Source of the DNA: Halarcobacter sp.
GTDB taxonomy: Bacteria > Campylobacterota > Campylobacteria > Campylobacterales > Arcobacteraceae
Assembly: GCA_030145305.1 (NCBI GenBank)
Contig: JAQYVX010000001.1
Span: 299,357 to 329,356, forward strand
Direction: 5' to 3'
DNA length: 30,000 nucleotides
The first letter of the stretch is position 1. Each line of letters starts with the position of its first letter. The notes beneath the pieces were generated by a model that was not told the DNA's origin, ran no database searches, and saw only the letters and a list, made by a program, of their open reading frames with translations. Below are positions 7,038 to 16,461 of this stretch, piece by piece. A program made the translations under genes and the position numbers.

Positions 7038-8612
7038 TTATTTATTTTTATTATCTTTTTCTCTAAGAAGATTTTTTCTTATCTTCCCCGTACTTGTTCT
7101 TGGTAAAGATTTACATATCTCAATAATAGAAGGTACTTTAAAGCAGGCTAAATGTTCAGAACAATATTCCAAAATCTGCTCTTCACTAAACTCTTCACCT
7201 TTTTTTATTACTACAAAAGCTTTAATTAATTCACTGCAAACTTTATCCGCAATGCCAATTACTCCAGCTTCAACTATTTTTGGATGTGCAGATAAAAAGA
7301 TTTCAAGCTCTTCACTTGAAACATTTTCACCAGCACTTTTAATCAAACTTGATTCACGGTCAACAAAATAAAAATACCCATCTTCATCTACATAAGCAAT
7401 ATCACCTGTATGAAGCCAACCATCAGCACTTAATACTTTTTTAGTTGCTTCAATATCATTATAATATTCTTTAAAAATAGTTTTTCCAGGTATCCCTTTA
7501 ACATAAAGTTCGCCTTGAGTATAAGGGCTTACTTCATTTCCTTGACAGTTAATAATTTTTGCTTCATATCCATCACCAACTTTTCCAATAGAAGGCCATC
7601 TACGTTCTTCTCCTGGTCTATCGCCAATTAATCCTACAATTGTTTCAGTCATACCATATGAAGTTAAAAGTCGAACATTAAATCGTTCAAGAAAAGCATC
7701 TTTTTCTTCATCTGAAATTGATAAATAATAAAATACTTCTCTTAAAGAATGTTCTTTTTCCCAAGATTTTGTTTCTTGCATCATTAAAGTGCATATAATC
7801 TTAGGAATACATTCAGTAATCGTTGCTTTATATTTACATACTTGCTTCCAAAACTTTCTCGCACTATATTTTTCAAGAAAAACAAAAGTTGCTCCTGAAA
7901 AAAAAGTAGGTAAAGTAGCTGTGCATTGAGAATCAATATGCCAAGCAGGCATAACTGTCAAATAAATATCATCTTCTTTAATTCTACCTTGCCAAGAAGT
8001 ATAATATCCTGCAAAAAGCATATTATAATGAGTAATTACAACTCCTTTTGGCAATGATGTCGTTCCAGATGTAAATAAAATCTCAACAGCATCTTCAACA
8101 TCTACTTCTACTATCTTATTTAAAGTTGAAGATTGTAATTTTAATTCATTATTGAAATTAATATATGTTTGGTGTTCAAAATTATCATCACGTGCAATTA
8201 AAATATTTTTAACTGAACTAAATCTTTCATTCTTTATTTTTTCATATACACTCAAAACATCATTTTCTATCACAACAAATTTTGGTTTACACTTATTAAC
8301 AATATAAGAACATTCTCGATACAAGTAATGTGCGTTAATAGGCACCATAATGGCGCCTATTTTAGCTAAACCAAACCAACTTATTAATAACTGTGGACTA
8401 TTATGAAGATGAATTGCTACTCTATCTCCTTTTTCAACGCCAAGAGAAAGAAATAAATTTGCAGCTTTATTAATTTCATTATTCAATTCTATATAATTAT
8501 ATTTATTAACTTTTCCATTAATATCTTCAAAAATTAATGCTGTTTTATCACTATAGATTTCCGCAAGAGAATCAAACATCTCTCTTAAGTTTTTATGCTT
8601 CATCTTATCCAT
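7038..8612 (-). CDS. caiC: Crotonobetaine/carnitine-CoA ligase (AMP-dependent synthetase)
   Basis: LFTSGTTSLPKGV AMP-binding motif, plus TSYGMTET, GWLHTGD and a C-terminal GKIRK. Stretches match remembered E. coli CaiC. The start was chosen at M8 because a GAAGGA RBS lies 7 nt upstream; the longest ORF begins at 8633. Confidence 0.85.
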   Translation of the reverse strand: MDKMKHKNLREMFDSLAEIYSDKTALIFEDINGKVNKYNYIELNNEINKAANLFLSLGVEKGDRVAIHLHNSPQLLISWFGLAKIGAIMVPINAHYLYRECSYIVNKCKPKFVVIENDVLSVYEKIKNERFSSVKNILIARDDNFEHQTYINFNNELKLQSSTLNKIVEVDVEDAVEILFTSGTTSLPKGVVITHYNMLFAGYYTSWQGRIKEDDIYLTVMPAWHIDSQCTATLPTFFSGATFVFLEKYSARKFWKQVCKYKATITECIPKIICTLMMQETKSWEKEHSLREVFYYLSISDEEKDAFLERFNVRLLTSYGMTETIVGLIGDRPGEERRWPSIGKVGDGYEAKIINCQGNEVSPYTQGELYVKGIPGKTIFKEYYNDIEATKKVLSADGWLHTGDIAYVDEDGYFYFVDRESSLIKSAGENVSSEELEIFLSAHPKIVEAGVIGIADKVCSELIKAFVVIKKGEEFSEEQILEYCSEHLACFKVPSIIEICKSLPRTSTGKIRKNLLREKDNKNK

Positions 8613-8640
8613 AGCTATTCCTTCTAAAGTCATTGTTAAC

Positions 8641-9864
8641 TTATGCCTTTTTCCCTACATTTACTATTTTACGCTCAGCAAAACCACTGATTTCTTCATC
8701 TGAATAACCAAGATCACTTAATATATCTGCTGTGTCCATACCGTATGATGGTGTTGCACGCCATACTTTACAAGGATTATTTTTGAACTTAGGCATAACA
8801 TTAGGACCTTTACATTTATCTCCTGACATTGTTTCCCATTCAGTAAATGAATCACGAGCTACATATTGAGGATTAGATTGAAGATCTTCTACATCTAATA
8901 CTTTAGCACCCGCAACTTTATAACTTGCAAGTAAAGCTAATGATTCTTCAATAGTTTTTTCTGCAAAGAATGCATCAAGTTTATCTTCTAAAATCTCACC
9001 ACAAGACATACTTCTAGCAATTAATTGTGTACCTTCTGGAATTTCTTCTGTACCAAGTAAATCTGAAATACCAAGTACTTCAAACATTGAACTAACTTGA
9101 GATCCTCCAACAATTTCAAAAACAATATATCCATCACTACATTTATAAAGTCCACAACCACAATATAAAGGATCTTTACCTTTTGTCATACGAGGACACA
9201 TTTCTCCACCATTTAAGTAATCCATCATATAATATTGACCAACTCTAAGCATAACTTCATACATAGCAACATCAATACTTTCACCAACACCTGTTTTCTC
9301 AGCACCATAAACTGCTGCTAAAACTGAACTAGTTACGGCAAATCCAGCCATATAATCAGCGGTATAAGGGAAGGCAGGCATAGGTTGATCTACATCACCA
9401 TTTTGCATTAAGTATCCACTAAATGCTTGTGCAATAGTATTATAAGCAGCTAAATTTGTATACTCAGCAGTACCATATTGTCCAAATCCAGATAAGTGAC
9501 CAATAACTAATTTTTTGTTACGTGCCCAAAGAAGTTCATCAGTAATTCCACGTTTAGCAAAAGCAGGACCTTTACTAGCTTCAATAAATACATCAGCATC
9601 TTCTATTAATTTTAAGAAAACTTCACGCCCTTCATCTGAAAAAACATTTAGTGATAATGCATGAAGATTTCTACGTGATAATTCTGGGTAATTTGGTTGA
9701 ACACGAATTGTATCTGCATAAGCTGAGTGCTCTATCCAAATTACTTCTGCTCCCCATTCTGCAAACATTTGTGCAGAGAATGGACCAGCAATTTCAATTG
9801 CTGAAAAAACAACTTTCATTCCAGCTAGAGGTCCAAATTTTGGTGTTTGTACTTTTTTTGTCAT
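8641..9864 (-). CDS. caiB: Family III CoA-transferase, L-carnitine/gamma-butyrobetainyl-CoA transferase
   Basis: [38 protein letters not shown] and [12 protein letters not shown] closely match remembered E. coli CaiB. Confidence 0.88.
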   Translation of the reverse strand: MTKKVQTPKFGPLAGMKVVFSAIEIAGPFSAQMFAEWGAEVIWIEHSAYADTIRVQPNYPELSRRNLHALSLNVFSDEGREVFLKLIEDADVFIEASKGPAFAKRGITDELLWARNKKLVIGHLSGFGQYGTAEYTNLAAYNTIAQAFSGYLMQNGDVDQPMPAFPYTADYMAGFAVTSSVLAAVYGAEKTGVGESIDVAMYEVMLRVGQYYMMDYLNGGEMCPRMTKGKDPLYCGCGLYKCSDGYIVFEIVGGSQVSSMFEVLGISDLLGTEEIPEGTQLIARSMSCGEILEDKLDAFFAEKTIEESLALLASYKVAGAKVLDVEDLQSNPQYVARDSFTEWETMSGDKCKGPNVMPKFKNNPCKVWRATPSYGMDTADILSDLGYSDEEISGFAERKIVNVGKKA

Positions 9865-9917
9865 TTAAAATTCCTTTCTTATTCTTTGGAGTATGGAAAC
9901 CACACTCCTTAATTAAA

Positions 9918-11054
9918 TTATCTATATCTTTTTAAAACTTCTCTACCAATAGTTAAAATTTGCATTTCATCTGAACCACCTGATAGTCTATCTATTCTTA
10001 AATCTCTCCAGAAACGACCTACTCTATGTCCAGTTACACCAATTCCTCCAAGAACTTGCATTGATGAATCGATAACACTAAATGCTTCATTTGCACAAAA
10101 ATATTTACACATTGCAGAAGCTCCTGATGTTCCAATTCCTTGATCTGTTTTCCAAGCTGTTTCAAAAATCATATTTTTCATTGCATTTAACTTCATTTCC
10201 ATATGAGCAAATTTTTCTTGAATTAATTGAGTACGACCAATAGCTTCACCAAATTGAACACGTTGGTTAGCATATTTAGCAGCATCTTCAAATGCACATA
10301 AAGCTACACCATAGTTAGTACAAGCTACTAAGAAACGCTCATCATCAAACTCAGCTTTTACACGATTAAAACCTTGACCTTCTTTACCAAAAATATCTTT
10401 TTCTTCTAATTCAACATTATCAAAAACAATTTCACAACAACTATCCATTCTTAGACCAAGTTTATCAAGAGCAGTTAATTTAATACCAGGCTTAGACATA
10501 TCAACAAAGAATTCTGTAAATACAAGAGACTCAGCATCAGCATCTTTTGCCATAACAACTAAATATGGAGTATGTAAACTACTAGTAATAAAACATTTTT
10601 GTCCATTTAAATAAATTTTTCCATCTTTTCTTTTGTATGTTGATTTCATGCTTCCTACATCTGAACCAGCACTTGGTTCAGTAATAGCAGAGTTAAACAT
10701 TTGTTCACCTGTACCACGGAATTTAAAAATTTTATCTATTTGTTCTTGTGAACCATGTCTTAAGATTGTACTAAATCCAGGTAATTGATATAAAACATAC
10801 GTTGGCGCACCATGACGACCTAGTTCTGCCCAAATTGCAGTTAAAGTTACCATGCTTTCCGCCATACCACCATGCTCCTCAGGAAGAAGCATAGTATCAA
10901 TACCTAAATCAGCTAACTCTTTTACCCATCTAATTGGGTATTCATGTTTTTCATCACACTCTGCAAAATATAGTTCCCAATTTTCTCTTTCCATAAGGTC
11001 TCTTACACCTTCAACAAATAATTCTTGTTCATCACTTAATTTAAAATTTATCAT
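9918..11054 (-). CDS. caiA: Crotonobetainyl-CoA reductase (acyl-CoA dehydrogenase family flavoprotein)
   Basis: [54 protein letters not shown] and the terminal LKRYR closely match remembered E. coli CaiA. Confidence 0.88.
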   Translation of the reverse strand: MINFKLSDEQELFVEGVRDLMERENWELYFAECDEKHEYPIRWVKELADLGIDTMLLPEEHGGMAESMVTLTAIWAELGRHGAPTYVLYQLPGFSTILRHGSQEQIDKIFKFRGTGEQMFNSAITEPSAGSDVGSMKSTYKRKDGKIYLNGQKCFITSSLHTPYLVVMAKDADAESLVFTEFFVDMSKPGIKLTALDKLGLRMDSCCEIVFDNVELEEKDIFGKEGQGFNRVKAEFDDERFLVACTNYGVALCAFEDAAKYANQRVQFGEAIGRTQLIQEKFAHMEMKLNAMKNMIFETAWKTDQGIGTSGASAMCKYFCANEAFSVIDSSMQVLGGIGVTGHRVGRFWRDLRIDRLSGGSDEMQILTIGREVLKRYR

Positions 11055-11083
11055 TTTTTATATTTCCTTTTATTTTTTATCTA

Positions 11084-12601
11084 TTAATACCATTTGTTCT
11101 TTTTTGCATCTTTAAAGAAAGAATAAAGAACCAAGACATTAACAAAAATCAGTGGGAAACCACCGGCAATAATAGCAGTTTGAAGTGGTTTTAATCCTCC
11201 TAGTGCAAGTAAAGTAATACCAATAATACCTACAAGAACAGACCAACCAAGTCTTACCCATAATGGAGGCTCAGTATAACCATCAGCTTCTTTACAAGTT
11301 GACATTGCTAAAGTATATGAACAAGCATTGATCAAAGTAACTGTAGCAAGGAAACAAAGAATAAAGAATCCCCAGATTGTAATTGTAGATAAAGGTAATG
11401 CTGCCCATGCTTCAATAATAGCTCTTGGAACACCTTCATCTTTTACAATTTGAGGTATATTAATTAGATTTTGTTTCATAATATTAACTGTATTACTTCC
11501 AAGAATAGTCCACATAGACCAAGTAGTTGCAGTAAGACCAGCTACCATAACAAAACAAACTTCTCTAACTGTACGACCTCTTGAAATACGAGCTAAGAAG
11601 ATACACATTTGAATACCAAATGTAACCCACCATGCCCAATAGAAAACTGTCCAACCTTGAGGGAAACCACCATCACGGATAGCATCTGTATAGAAAAGCA
11701 TTCTAGAAAGACTATCTAACATAATCCCAACAGAATCTGTAAAATAATTTACTGTAAAAGTTGTTCCACCAATAATTAGTACCCATACTAACATGATAAT
11801 TGAAAGGTAACTTCTTACATCAGATGCCATTTTAATACCTTTTGTTAAACCAAAAGCAACACAAATAGCATTAAAAATAACCCAACAAGCAATAATTGCA
11901 CTATCAACTTGTAATGTACGTTCAATTCCAAATAACCACTCAATACATTCTGTAACAAGAGGAGTAGCTAAACCTAAACTTGTTCCCATTGCAAGAATAA
12001 GTGCAACAATATAGAAGTTATCAATTACAGTACCAAGCCATCCTTTAGAAAGCTTCTCTCCAATAGCCGCTTCAACACAACCACTAGGACGCATTACATT
12101 TATTTTTTTAACATAAATAAAATAACCAAAAGCAACAGTTAAAACAGCATATCCAGCCCATGGTAATGGACCCCAGTGGAATAAACTGTAAGCAACACCA
12201 AACTCTTGTGCTGCAGGAGAAAATGCCTCAATTGCAAATGGTGGATAAGCTATATAATAGTAAGCTTCAATAGTTCCCCAATAAAGAACAGCAGCAGATG
12301 TACAAGATGCGAACATCAAGAAAATCCAACTTCCCGTACTAAATTCTGGTTTTTCTTCACCAAGTGTATTATTTTTCATAGGACCAAAAGCTAGCCATGC
12401 CCAAATGATTCCAAAAATAACCATATACCACTCAAACAACCATCCCCAACTATTTGTTACATAACCAAATAATGAGTTAATAGCTGCATTTGCTGCATCT
12501 AAGTCTCTAACAACTAGGTAACCAAGAATTACCACGACAATAAGTGACGGGAAAAATATTTTAGGTTCAATACCTACTTTTTTCACTTCTTTCTCTTCCA
12601 C
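11084..12601 (-). CDS. caiT: BCCT-family L-carnitine/gamma-butyrobetaine antiporter
   Basis: [20 protein letters not shown] and [15 protein letters not shown] (BCCT signature) are present. The 505 aa length and long stretches match remembered E. coli CaiT. Confidence 0.9.
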   Translation of the reverse strand: MEEKEVKKVGIEPKIFFPSLIVVVILGYLVVRDLDAANAAINSLFGYVTNSWGWLFEWYMVIFGIIWAWLAFGPMKNNTLGEEKPEFSTGSWIFLMFASCTSAAVLYWGTIEAYYYIAYPPFAIEAFSPAAQEFGVAYSLFHWGPLPWAGYAVLTVAFGYFIYVKKINVMRPSGCVEAAIGEKLSKGWLGTVIDNFYIVALILAMGTSLGLATPLVTECIEWLFGIERTLQVDSAIIACWVIFNAICVAFGLTKGIKMASDVRSYLSIIMLVWVLIIGGTTFTVNYFTDSVGIMLDSLSRMLFYTDAIRDGGFPQGWTVFYWAWWVTFGIQMCIFLARISRGRTVREVCFVMVAGLTATTWSMWTILGSNTVNIMKQNLINIPQIVKDEGVPRAIIEAWAALPLSTITIWGFFILCFLATVTLINACSYTLAMSTCKEADGYTEPPLWVRLGWSVLVGIIGITLLALGGLKPLQTAIIAGGFPLIFVNVLVLYSFFKDAKKNKWY

Positions 12602-12682
12602 AATAGACCTCCATCTAAAATTTTTTGTTTTTTATCTAATTCAATAAAAATCATTGTTTATAATAAATCATAAACATTTAGT

Positions 12683-12751
12683 AAATCACGATATTTTACA
12701 AATCGTGATTTTTACTACCGAAATCATACTCTCATTAGTTTTAATTGTCAA
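12683..12751 (-). promoter_or_regulatory. caiT promoter with two downstream operator copies
   Basis: On the minus strand: TTGACA (12746-12751), a 17-nt spacer, then TATGAT (12723-12728). Operators AATCGTGATT (12701-12710) and AATCACGATA (12684-12693) form the inverted repeat AAATCACGAT-N9-ATCGTGATTT. Confidence 0.6.
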
Positions 12752-12883
12752 GTAAAATTAACTTAAAATTCTAATTTTATAATTAATATTTAATTAAGGT
12801 AAAGAATTATTTACTTAAGTTAATTATAAGAGTAGTGTTTTTATGGGATTTTAAAAATATGATTTATTTAAAGTGTGTCATTT

Positions 12884-12899
12884 TATAATCATGATTATA
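12884..12899 (+). promoter_or_regulatory. ribB upstream 16-bp perfect palindrome overlapping a TATAAT box
   Basis: TATAATCATGATTATA contains TATAAT (12884-12889) and the AATCATGATT core (12887-12896). It lies 56 nt upstream of the ribB ATG. Confidence 0.5.
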
Positions 12900-12954
12900 T
12901 TTTAACTCAGGATTAATATGTTATTATACTTAAATATTAATATTAGGAAGAAAA

Positions 12955-14013
12955 ATGAATTTACTTAGAAATAATGATAAGTCAATTGAGGCAATTGAAA
13001 GAGTATGCCAAGCAATTGAAGATGTTAGACAAGGTAAAATGGTTGTTATGGTTGATGATGAAGATAGAGAGAATGAGGGAGATTTAGTTTATGCTGCTTC
13101 TTTCTCAACTCCTGAAAAAGTTAATTTTATGGCTTCACATGCAAAAGGGCTTATTTGTGTAGCCCTTTCAAAAAAAATAGCTTCACGTTTGGAGCTTACT
13201 CCAATGGTTAAGAATAATGATTCTTCTTATGAAACAGCTTTTACAATTTCTGTTGATGCAAAAGATGCAGAAACAGGGATATCTGCTATTGAAAGAGATA
13301 TGACTATTAAAATCTTATCTGACAATAATTCAGAAGCTGCAGAATTAGTAAGACCAGGACATATTTTCCCTCTTATTGCAAAAGAAGGTGGAGCATTAGT
13401 AAGAACTGGTCATACAGAAGGATCTGTCGATTTATGTAAATTAGCTGGATTAGGTGAAGCTAGTGTTATTTGTGAAGTTATGAAAGAAGATGGAACAATG
13501 GCAAGAAGACCTGATCTTGATATTTTCTGTGAAAAGCATGAACTAAATATTGTTTATATCTCTGACATTGTTGAATATCGTATGATGAATGAGTCATTAA
13601 TTAATCTTGAAAAAGAATCAACTCAAGTATTTCTTGGTGCACAAGCAAAAAAATATGATTTTCGAGATCATTTAGATAATAATCACATTGTTTACACTTT
13701 TGGAGAGTTTAGTAATCGTGCTGCTGTAAAATTTCATTCTATTATTCCTGATAATGAACTACTAGCATCAACTGAAAAATATGATGAAATGATAAATAGT
13801 ATTAAATATTTACAAAAAAATAGTGGTATTTTGGTTTTCATGGATAGCAATACTAAAAATATGACTCAAATTAGAGAATATGGAATAGGAGCACAGCTTC
13901 TTAAATATTTAGGAATAGAAGAGATTGAGCTTCTTAGTAATAGTAAAACAATAGAACTTGTGGGAATTAGTGGTTTTGGGTTAAGTGTAACAAAATTAAT
14001 TAGTTTAAAATAA
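12955..14013 (+). CDS. ribB: 3,4-dihydroxy-2-butanone-4-phosphate synthase with a degenerate C-terminal GTP-cyclohydrolase-II-like domain
   Basis: DDEDRENEGDL, RPGHIFPL and RTGHTEGSVDL are DHBP synthase motifs. The C-terminal ~150 aa lacks the Cys triad seen in RibA. Confidence 0.9.
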   Translation: MNLLRNNDKSIEAIERVCQAIEDVRQGKMVVMVDDEDRENEGDLVYAASFSTPEKVNFMASHAKGLICVALSKKIASRLELTPMVKNNDSSYETAFTISVDAKDAETGISAIERDMTIKILSDNNSEAAELVRPGHIFPLIAKEGGALVRTGHTEGSVDLCKLAGLGEASVICEVMKEDGTMARRPDLDIFCEKHELNIVYISDIVEYRMMNESLINLEKESTQVFLGAQAKKYDFRDHLDNNHIVYTFGEFSNRAAVKFHSIIPDNELLASTEKYDEMINSIKYLQKNSGILVFMDSNTKNMTQIREYGIGAQLLKYLGIEEIELLSNSKTIELVGISGFGLSVTKLISLK

Positions 14014-14026
14014 TAATAGAACTAAG

Positions 14027-14063
14027 AAAAGCCAAGTATTTTTGAATACTTGGCTTTTTTTTT
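14027..14063. terminator. Bidirectional rho-independent terminator (ribB / porin)
   Basis: AAAA-GCCAAGTATT-tttg-AATACTTGGC-TTTTTTTTT forms a 10-bp stem flanked by A and T runs. Confidence 0.8.
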
Positions 14064-15201
14064 AGATAGAGAATGGAAAAGTTAGATTAACTCTTAATTC
14101 TTTTTCATCTTTATCTCTACCTGCATCATCATAAAGAACAGCAACATTTAAATCTTTAAATACTCCTGCATCAAATGTATAATCTGCTGTAACACTTGTA
14201 TATGAGTATTCTTTATCATCATAATCATCAAGAACATAATTCATACCAACATTTAGTGCAGGCGTTAATTTATAAGCTACACCAATTTTATATGCATCAC
14301 TATTTGCACCATATGTATCTGATAGAATTGGAGAACCTGTATATGCATAATCTGCACCATTTCCTAATCCTGCATGTACATATGCATCACCAGTTGTTGT
14401 ATAAGCTGCTAATAATGATAAATTACCTAAATCAAAAGTAGCTTTTAAACCAAATAAATCTGTGTCTTTTGAACCCTCTTTTTCACTATCATAATATTGT
14501 GAAGCAAGTCCAAATATTCCTTTTTTAAATGAAGCTTCTGCATATGTAACTTCCATAAGATCTTTTGCATCTAAATAAGCTAAAGTAAGATTTACATTTG
14601 GAATTGAAGAATTTTCTACTACTGCTGTATAAGCACCATCTACTAATTCACCTTGCCAAGTAAAGTCTCTTGTAAATTTACCAAAGTTACCATCTCCATC
14701 TGTACGATTTTGCATTTTTTGAACATATCCAATAGTTACTTTTGTATCAGGGATATCTGAATTAGTAATTAAAGCACCTTCAAAAGATTCTCTATTCATA
14801 CGTGAACCACTTCCATAAATAAGTGGTGTAGCAAAATACATTCGCCCAATTTGTGCTGTAGTTTTGCCAGCAGCATATGAAAGATAAAGTTCTGATAATT
14901 GAGAACCTGACCCATACATATCACTATTAAATACACTTTCAGCATCATCATCTGAGAAAGGTGAAGATGAAGATTGGAAAGTTGATTTTAAACCAAAACC
15001 ATAGAAACGTCCTGTTTCATAACTAAGATCTAAACCAAAATTCATAATATCAGCATCTACACCTTTATCACGTTGCCAATAATAAGCCTGAACTTTACCT
15101 TCTACCTTACCTTCTTTAAAGGCATCTGCCAAACTATCTGCACCAAATGCAGATGAACTTAAAGCAATAATTGCTGCTAGACTAAATTTAACTAATTTCA
15201 T
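14062..15201 (-). CDS. Outer-membrane beta-barrel porin (OprD-like / Campylobacterota porin family)
   Basis: Start taken at MKLVKFSLAAIIALSSSAFG|ADS, which gives a signal peptide and has an AAGGAG RBS 5 nt upstream. Sequence is rich in G/Y/D/S/T with alternating beta-strand patterns. The ORF-track start at 15228 lacks an RBS. Confidence 0.75.
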   Translation of the reverse strand: MKLVKFSLAAIIALSSSAFGADSLADAFKEGKVEGKVQAYYWQRDKGVDADIMNFGLDLSYETGRFYGFGLKSTFQSSSSPFSDDDAESVFNSDMYGSGSQLSELYLSYAAGKTTAQIGRMYFATPLIYGSGSRMNRESFEGALITNSDIPDTKVTIGYVQKMQNRTDGDGNFGKFTRDFTWQGELVDGAYTAVVENSSIPNVNLTLAYLDAKDLMEVTYAEASFKKGIFGLASQYYDSEKEGSKDTDLFGLKATFDLGNLSLLAAYTTTGDAYVHAGLGNGADYAYTGSPILSDTYGANSDAYKIGVAYKLTPALNVGMNYVLDDYDDKEYSYTSVTADYTFDAGVFKDLNVAVLYDDAGRDKDEKELRVNLTFPFSI

Positions 15202-15222
15202 AATATCTCCTTGAAAATTTAT

Positions 15223-15308
15223 AATCACGATTAATAAAACATAGCGATGATTTAAAAATCATGATTAATAAGTTCTGAATTGTACTGTAATGTTTAATCA
15301 ATTGTCAA
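15223..15308 (-). promoter_or_regulatory. Porin promoter with operator copies
   Basis: On the minus strand: TTGACA (15303-15308), an 18-nt spacer, then TACAAT (15279-15284). Operators are AATCATGATT (15257-15266), a degenerate copy (15243-15252) and AATCACGATT (15223-15232). Confidence 0.6.
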
Positions 15309-15510
15309 GTAAACTTAAATAAAAAACTTAATTTTTGTATTAAATTTTAATTAAGGTTATTAAATAAAGTCTAATAATTATTTTTGTTTATATTTCAAAA
15401 TAGAGGATTTGGGGTTTAGTTCTTACTTAAAAAAGAGATTGCAAGTAAATTTTATTTTTCTTCAATGATAATAAGTATTGTTATAAATTAAGATAATAAT
15501 ATTTTAGAAA

Positions 15511-15535
15511 AATAAAAAAGAGGGAGTATCCTCTT
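15511..15535 (-). terminator. Rho-independent terminator after caiE
   Basis: The minus strand reads AAGAGG-atactc-CCTCTT followed by TTTTTATTTTT, 10 nt after the caiE stop. Confidence 0.6.
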
Positions 15536-15544
15536 CTTTATTTA

Positions 15545-16135
15545 TTAACTATTTTTAGGAGTATAGTCCATTTCAAATCTTTTAGCATTTCTAGCAGGAG
15601 TTAATTCTTTTAATGGCTCACAAGATTTAAAATCTTTTAAACATCGTGTGGTTAAATCAATATACGATTGTGTACTTTCTCTTTTCCACTCAATTTCTTC
15701 TTCACGCAACTCTCTTTTTACTTTTGCTGGAATACCAAGGGCAAGATGATTATCAGGAATATTCATCATCCCAGGAACAAGAGAAGAAGCTCCAACAATG
15801 GAATTACAACCAACTACAGCCTTATCCATTATCACAGCACCCATTCCAACCATTGCGTTATTTTTTATATGACAACTATGTAAAATTGCACTATGTCCAA
15901 TATGACCGTTTTCTTCAATAATAGTATCTATTCCTGTATATCCATGTAAAATGCAACAATCTTGTATATTAACATTTTTTCCAATGAGAATACGTCCAAA
16001 ATCGCCTCTTATAGAACTATTTGGTCCTATATAAGAACCTTCTTCAATAATTACATCACCTATAATTACAGCACTTTCATGAACAAATGCTTTTTCGTTA
16101 ATAACAGGTTTAATACCATCAATTTCATAAATCAT
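15545..16135 (-). CDS. caiE: Carnitine operon protein CaiE (hexapeptide-repeat / gamma-carbonic-anhydrase-like)
   Basis: FVHESAVIIGDVII, IRGDFGRILIG, NIQDCCILHG and ENGHIGHSAILH are present, and the sequence is collinear with remembered E. coli CaiE. Length 196 aa. Confidence 0.85.
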   Translation of the reverse strand: MIYEIDGIKPVINEKAFVHESAVIIGDVIIEEGSYIGPNSSIRGDFGRILIGKNVNIQDCCILHGYTGIDTIIEENGHIGHSAILHSCHIKNNAMVGMGAVIMDKAVVGCNSIVGASSLVPGMMNIPDNHLALGIPAKVKRELREEEIEWKRESTQSYIDLTTRCLKDFKSCEPLKELTPARNAKRFEMDYTPKNS

Positions 16136-16173
16136 ATTTTACTCACTTCTTATTTTAATAGTTTATCTTTTGA

Positions 16174-16461
16174 TTAACCGTAACGATACTCAACACCAAA
16201 TGTTCCATTTGGATATTCCCATTTTTTTAAAATAGTTTTACCACATAAAATACGGCATGTTCCACATTCTAAGCAACCAGCATAATCAAACTTGAAATTT
16301 CCATTGTCATCTCTTTTGTATAAGCCAGCAGGACACGCTGCTTCTAATTTTTTGAATTCAATTAAATCTGGTTTATCAACTAACTCAATATGAGCTTCAC
16401 CTTCATCAACAAAAAATTTATTAACACCTAGTTTAACATCAACATTTACTGAATTTTTCAT
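16174..16461 (-). CDS. fixX: Ferredoxin-like protein FixX
   Basis: 95 aa with CPAGLY and CLECGTCRILC cysteine motifs. It overlaps the fixC stop by 4 nt. Confidence 0.88.
   Translation of the reverse strand: MKNSVNVDVKLGVNKFFVDEGEAHIELVDKPDLIEFKKLEAACPAGLYKRDDNGNFKFDYAGCLECGTCRILCGKTILKKWEYPNGTFGVEYRYG

Noticed and set aside
7000-7371. 123-aa plus-strand ORF
   Set aside because: It is antisense to the 3' end of caiC and the start of the hydratase gene, making it a shadow ORF.
9651-12394. Plus-strand ORFs 9651-9935, 10852-11115 and 12206-12394
   Set aside because: All are antisense to caiB/caiA/caiT, whose products have strong homology-type support. The antisense ORFs have no independent signals.
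12602-12954. Possible FMN (RFN) riboswitch upstream of ribB, or a structured leader upstream of caiT
   Set aside because: The region is almost devoid of G/C. It shows none of the conserved G-rich RFN helices, only the short palindromic operators and promoter boxes. This should still be confirmed with a covariance-model scan.
14196-14441. 81-aa His/Tyr/Leu-rich plus-strand ORF
   Set aside because: It is antisense to the porin gene. Its odd composition mirrors the porin's Gly/Tyr/Asp/Val codons.
15202-15228. Longer porin start (MIINFQGDIMKLV...) given in the ORF track
   Set aside because: The extension would bury the signal peptide and has no RBS. The ATG at 15201 has an AAGGAG 5 nt upstream and yields a canonical signal peptide. 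The extension would also run into the operator copy at 15223-15232.
15309-15510. About 200 nt of non-coding DNA between the caiE terminator and the porin promoter, considered as a possible sRNA or gene remnant
   Set aside because: Apart from the TTAATTAAGGT element reported separately, I see no ORF, no promoter/terminator pair, no convincing hairpin and no repeat.
15646-16177. Plus-strand ORFs 15646-15921, 15668-15883 and 15962-16177
   Set aside because: They are antisense to caiE and mutually overlapping, so they are shadow ORFs.
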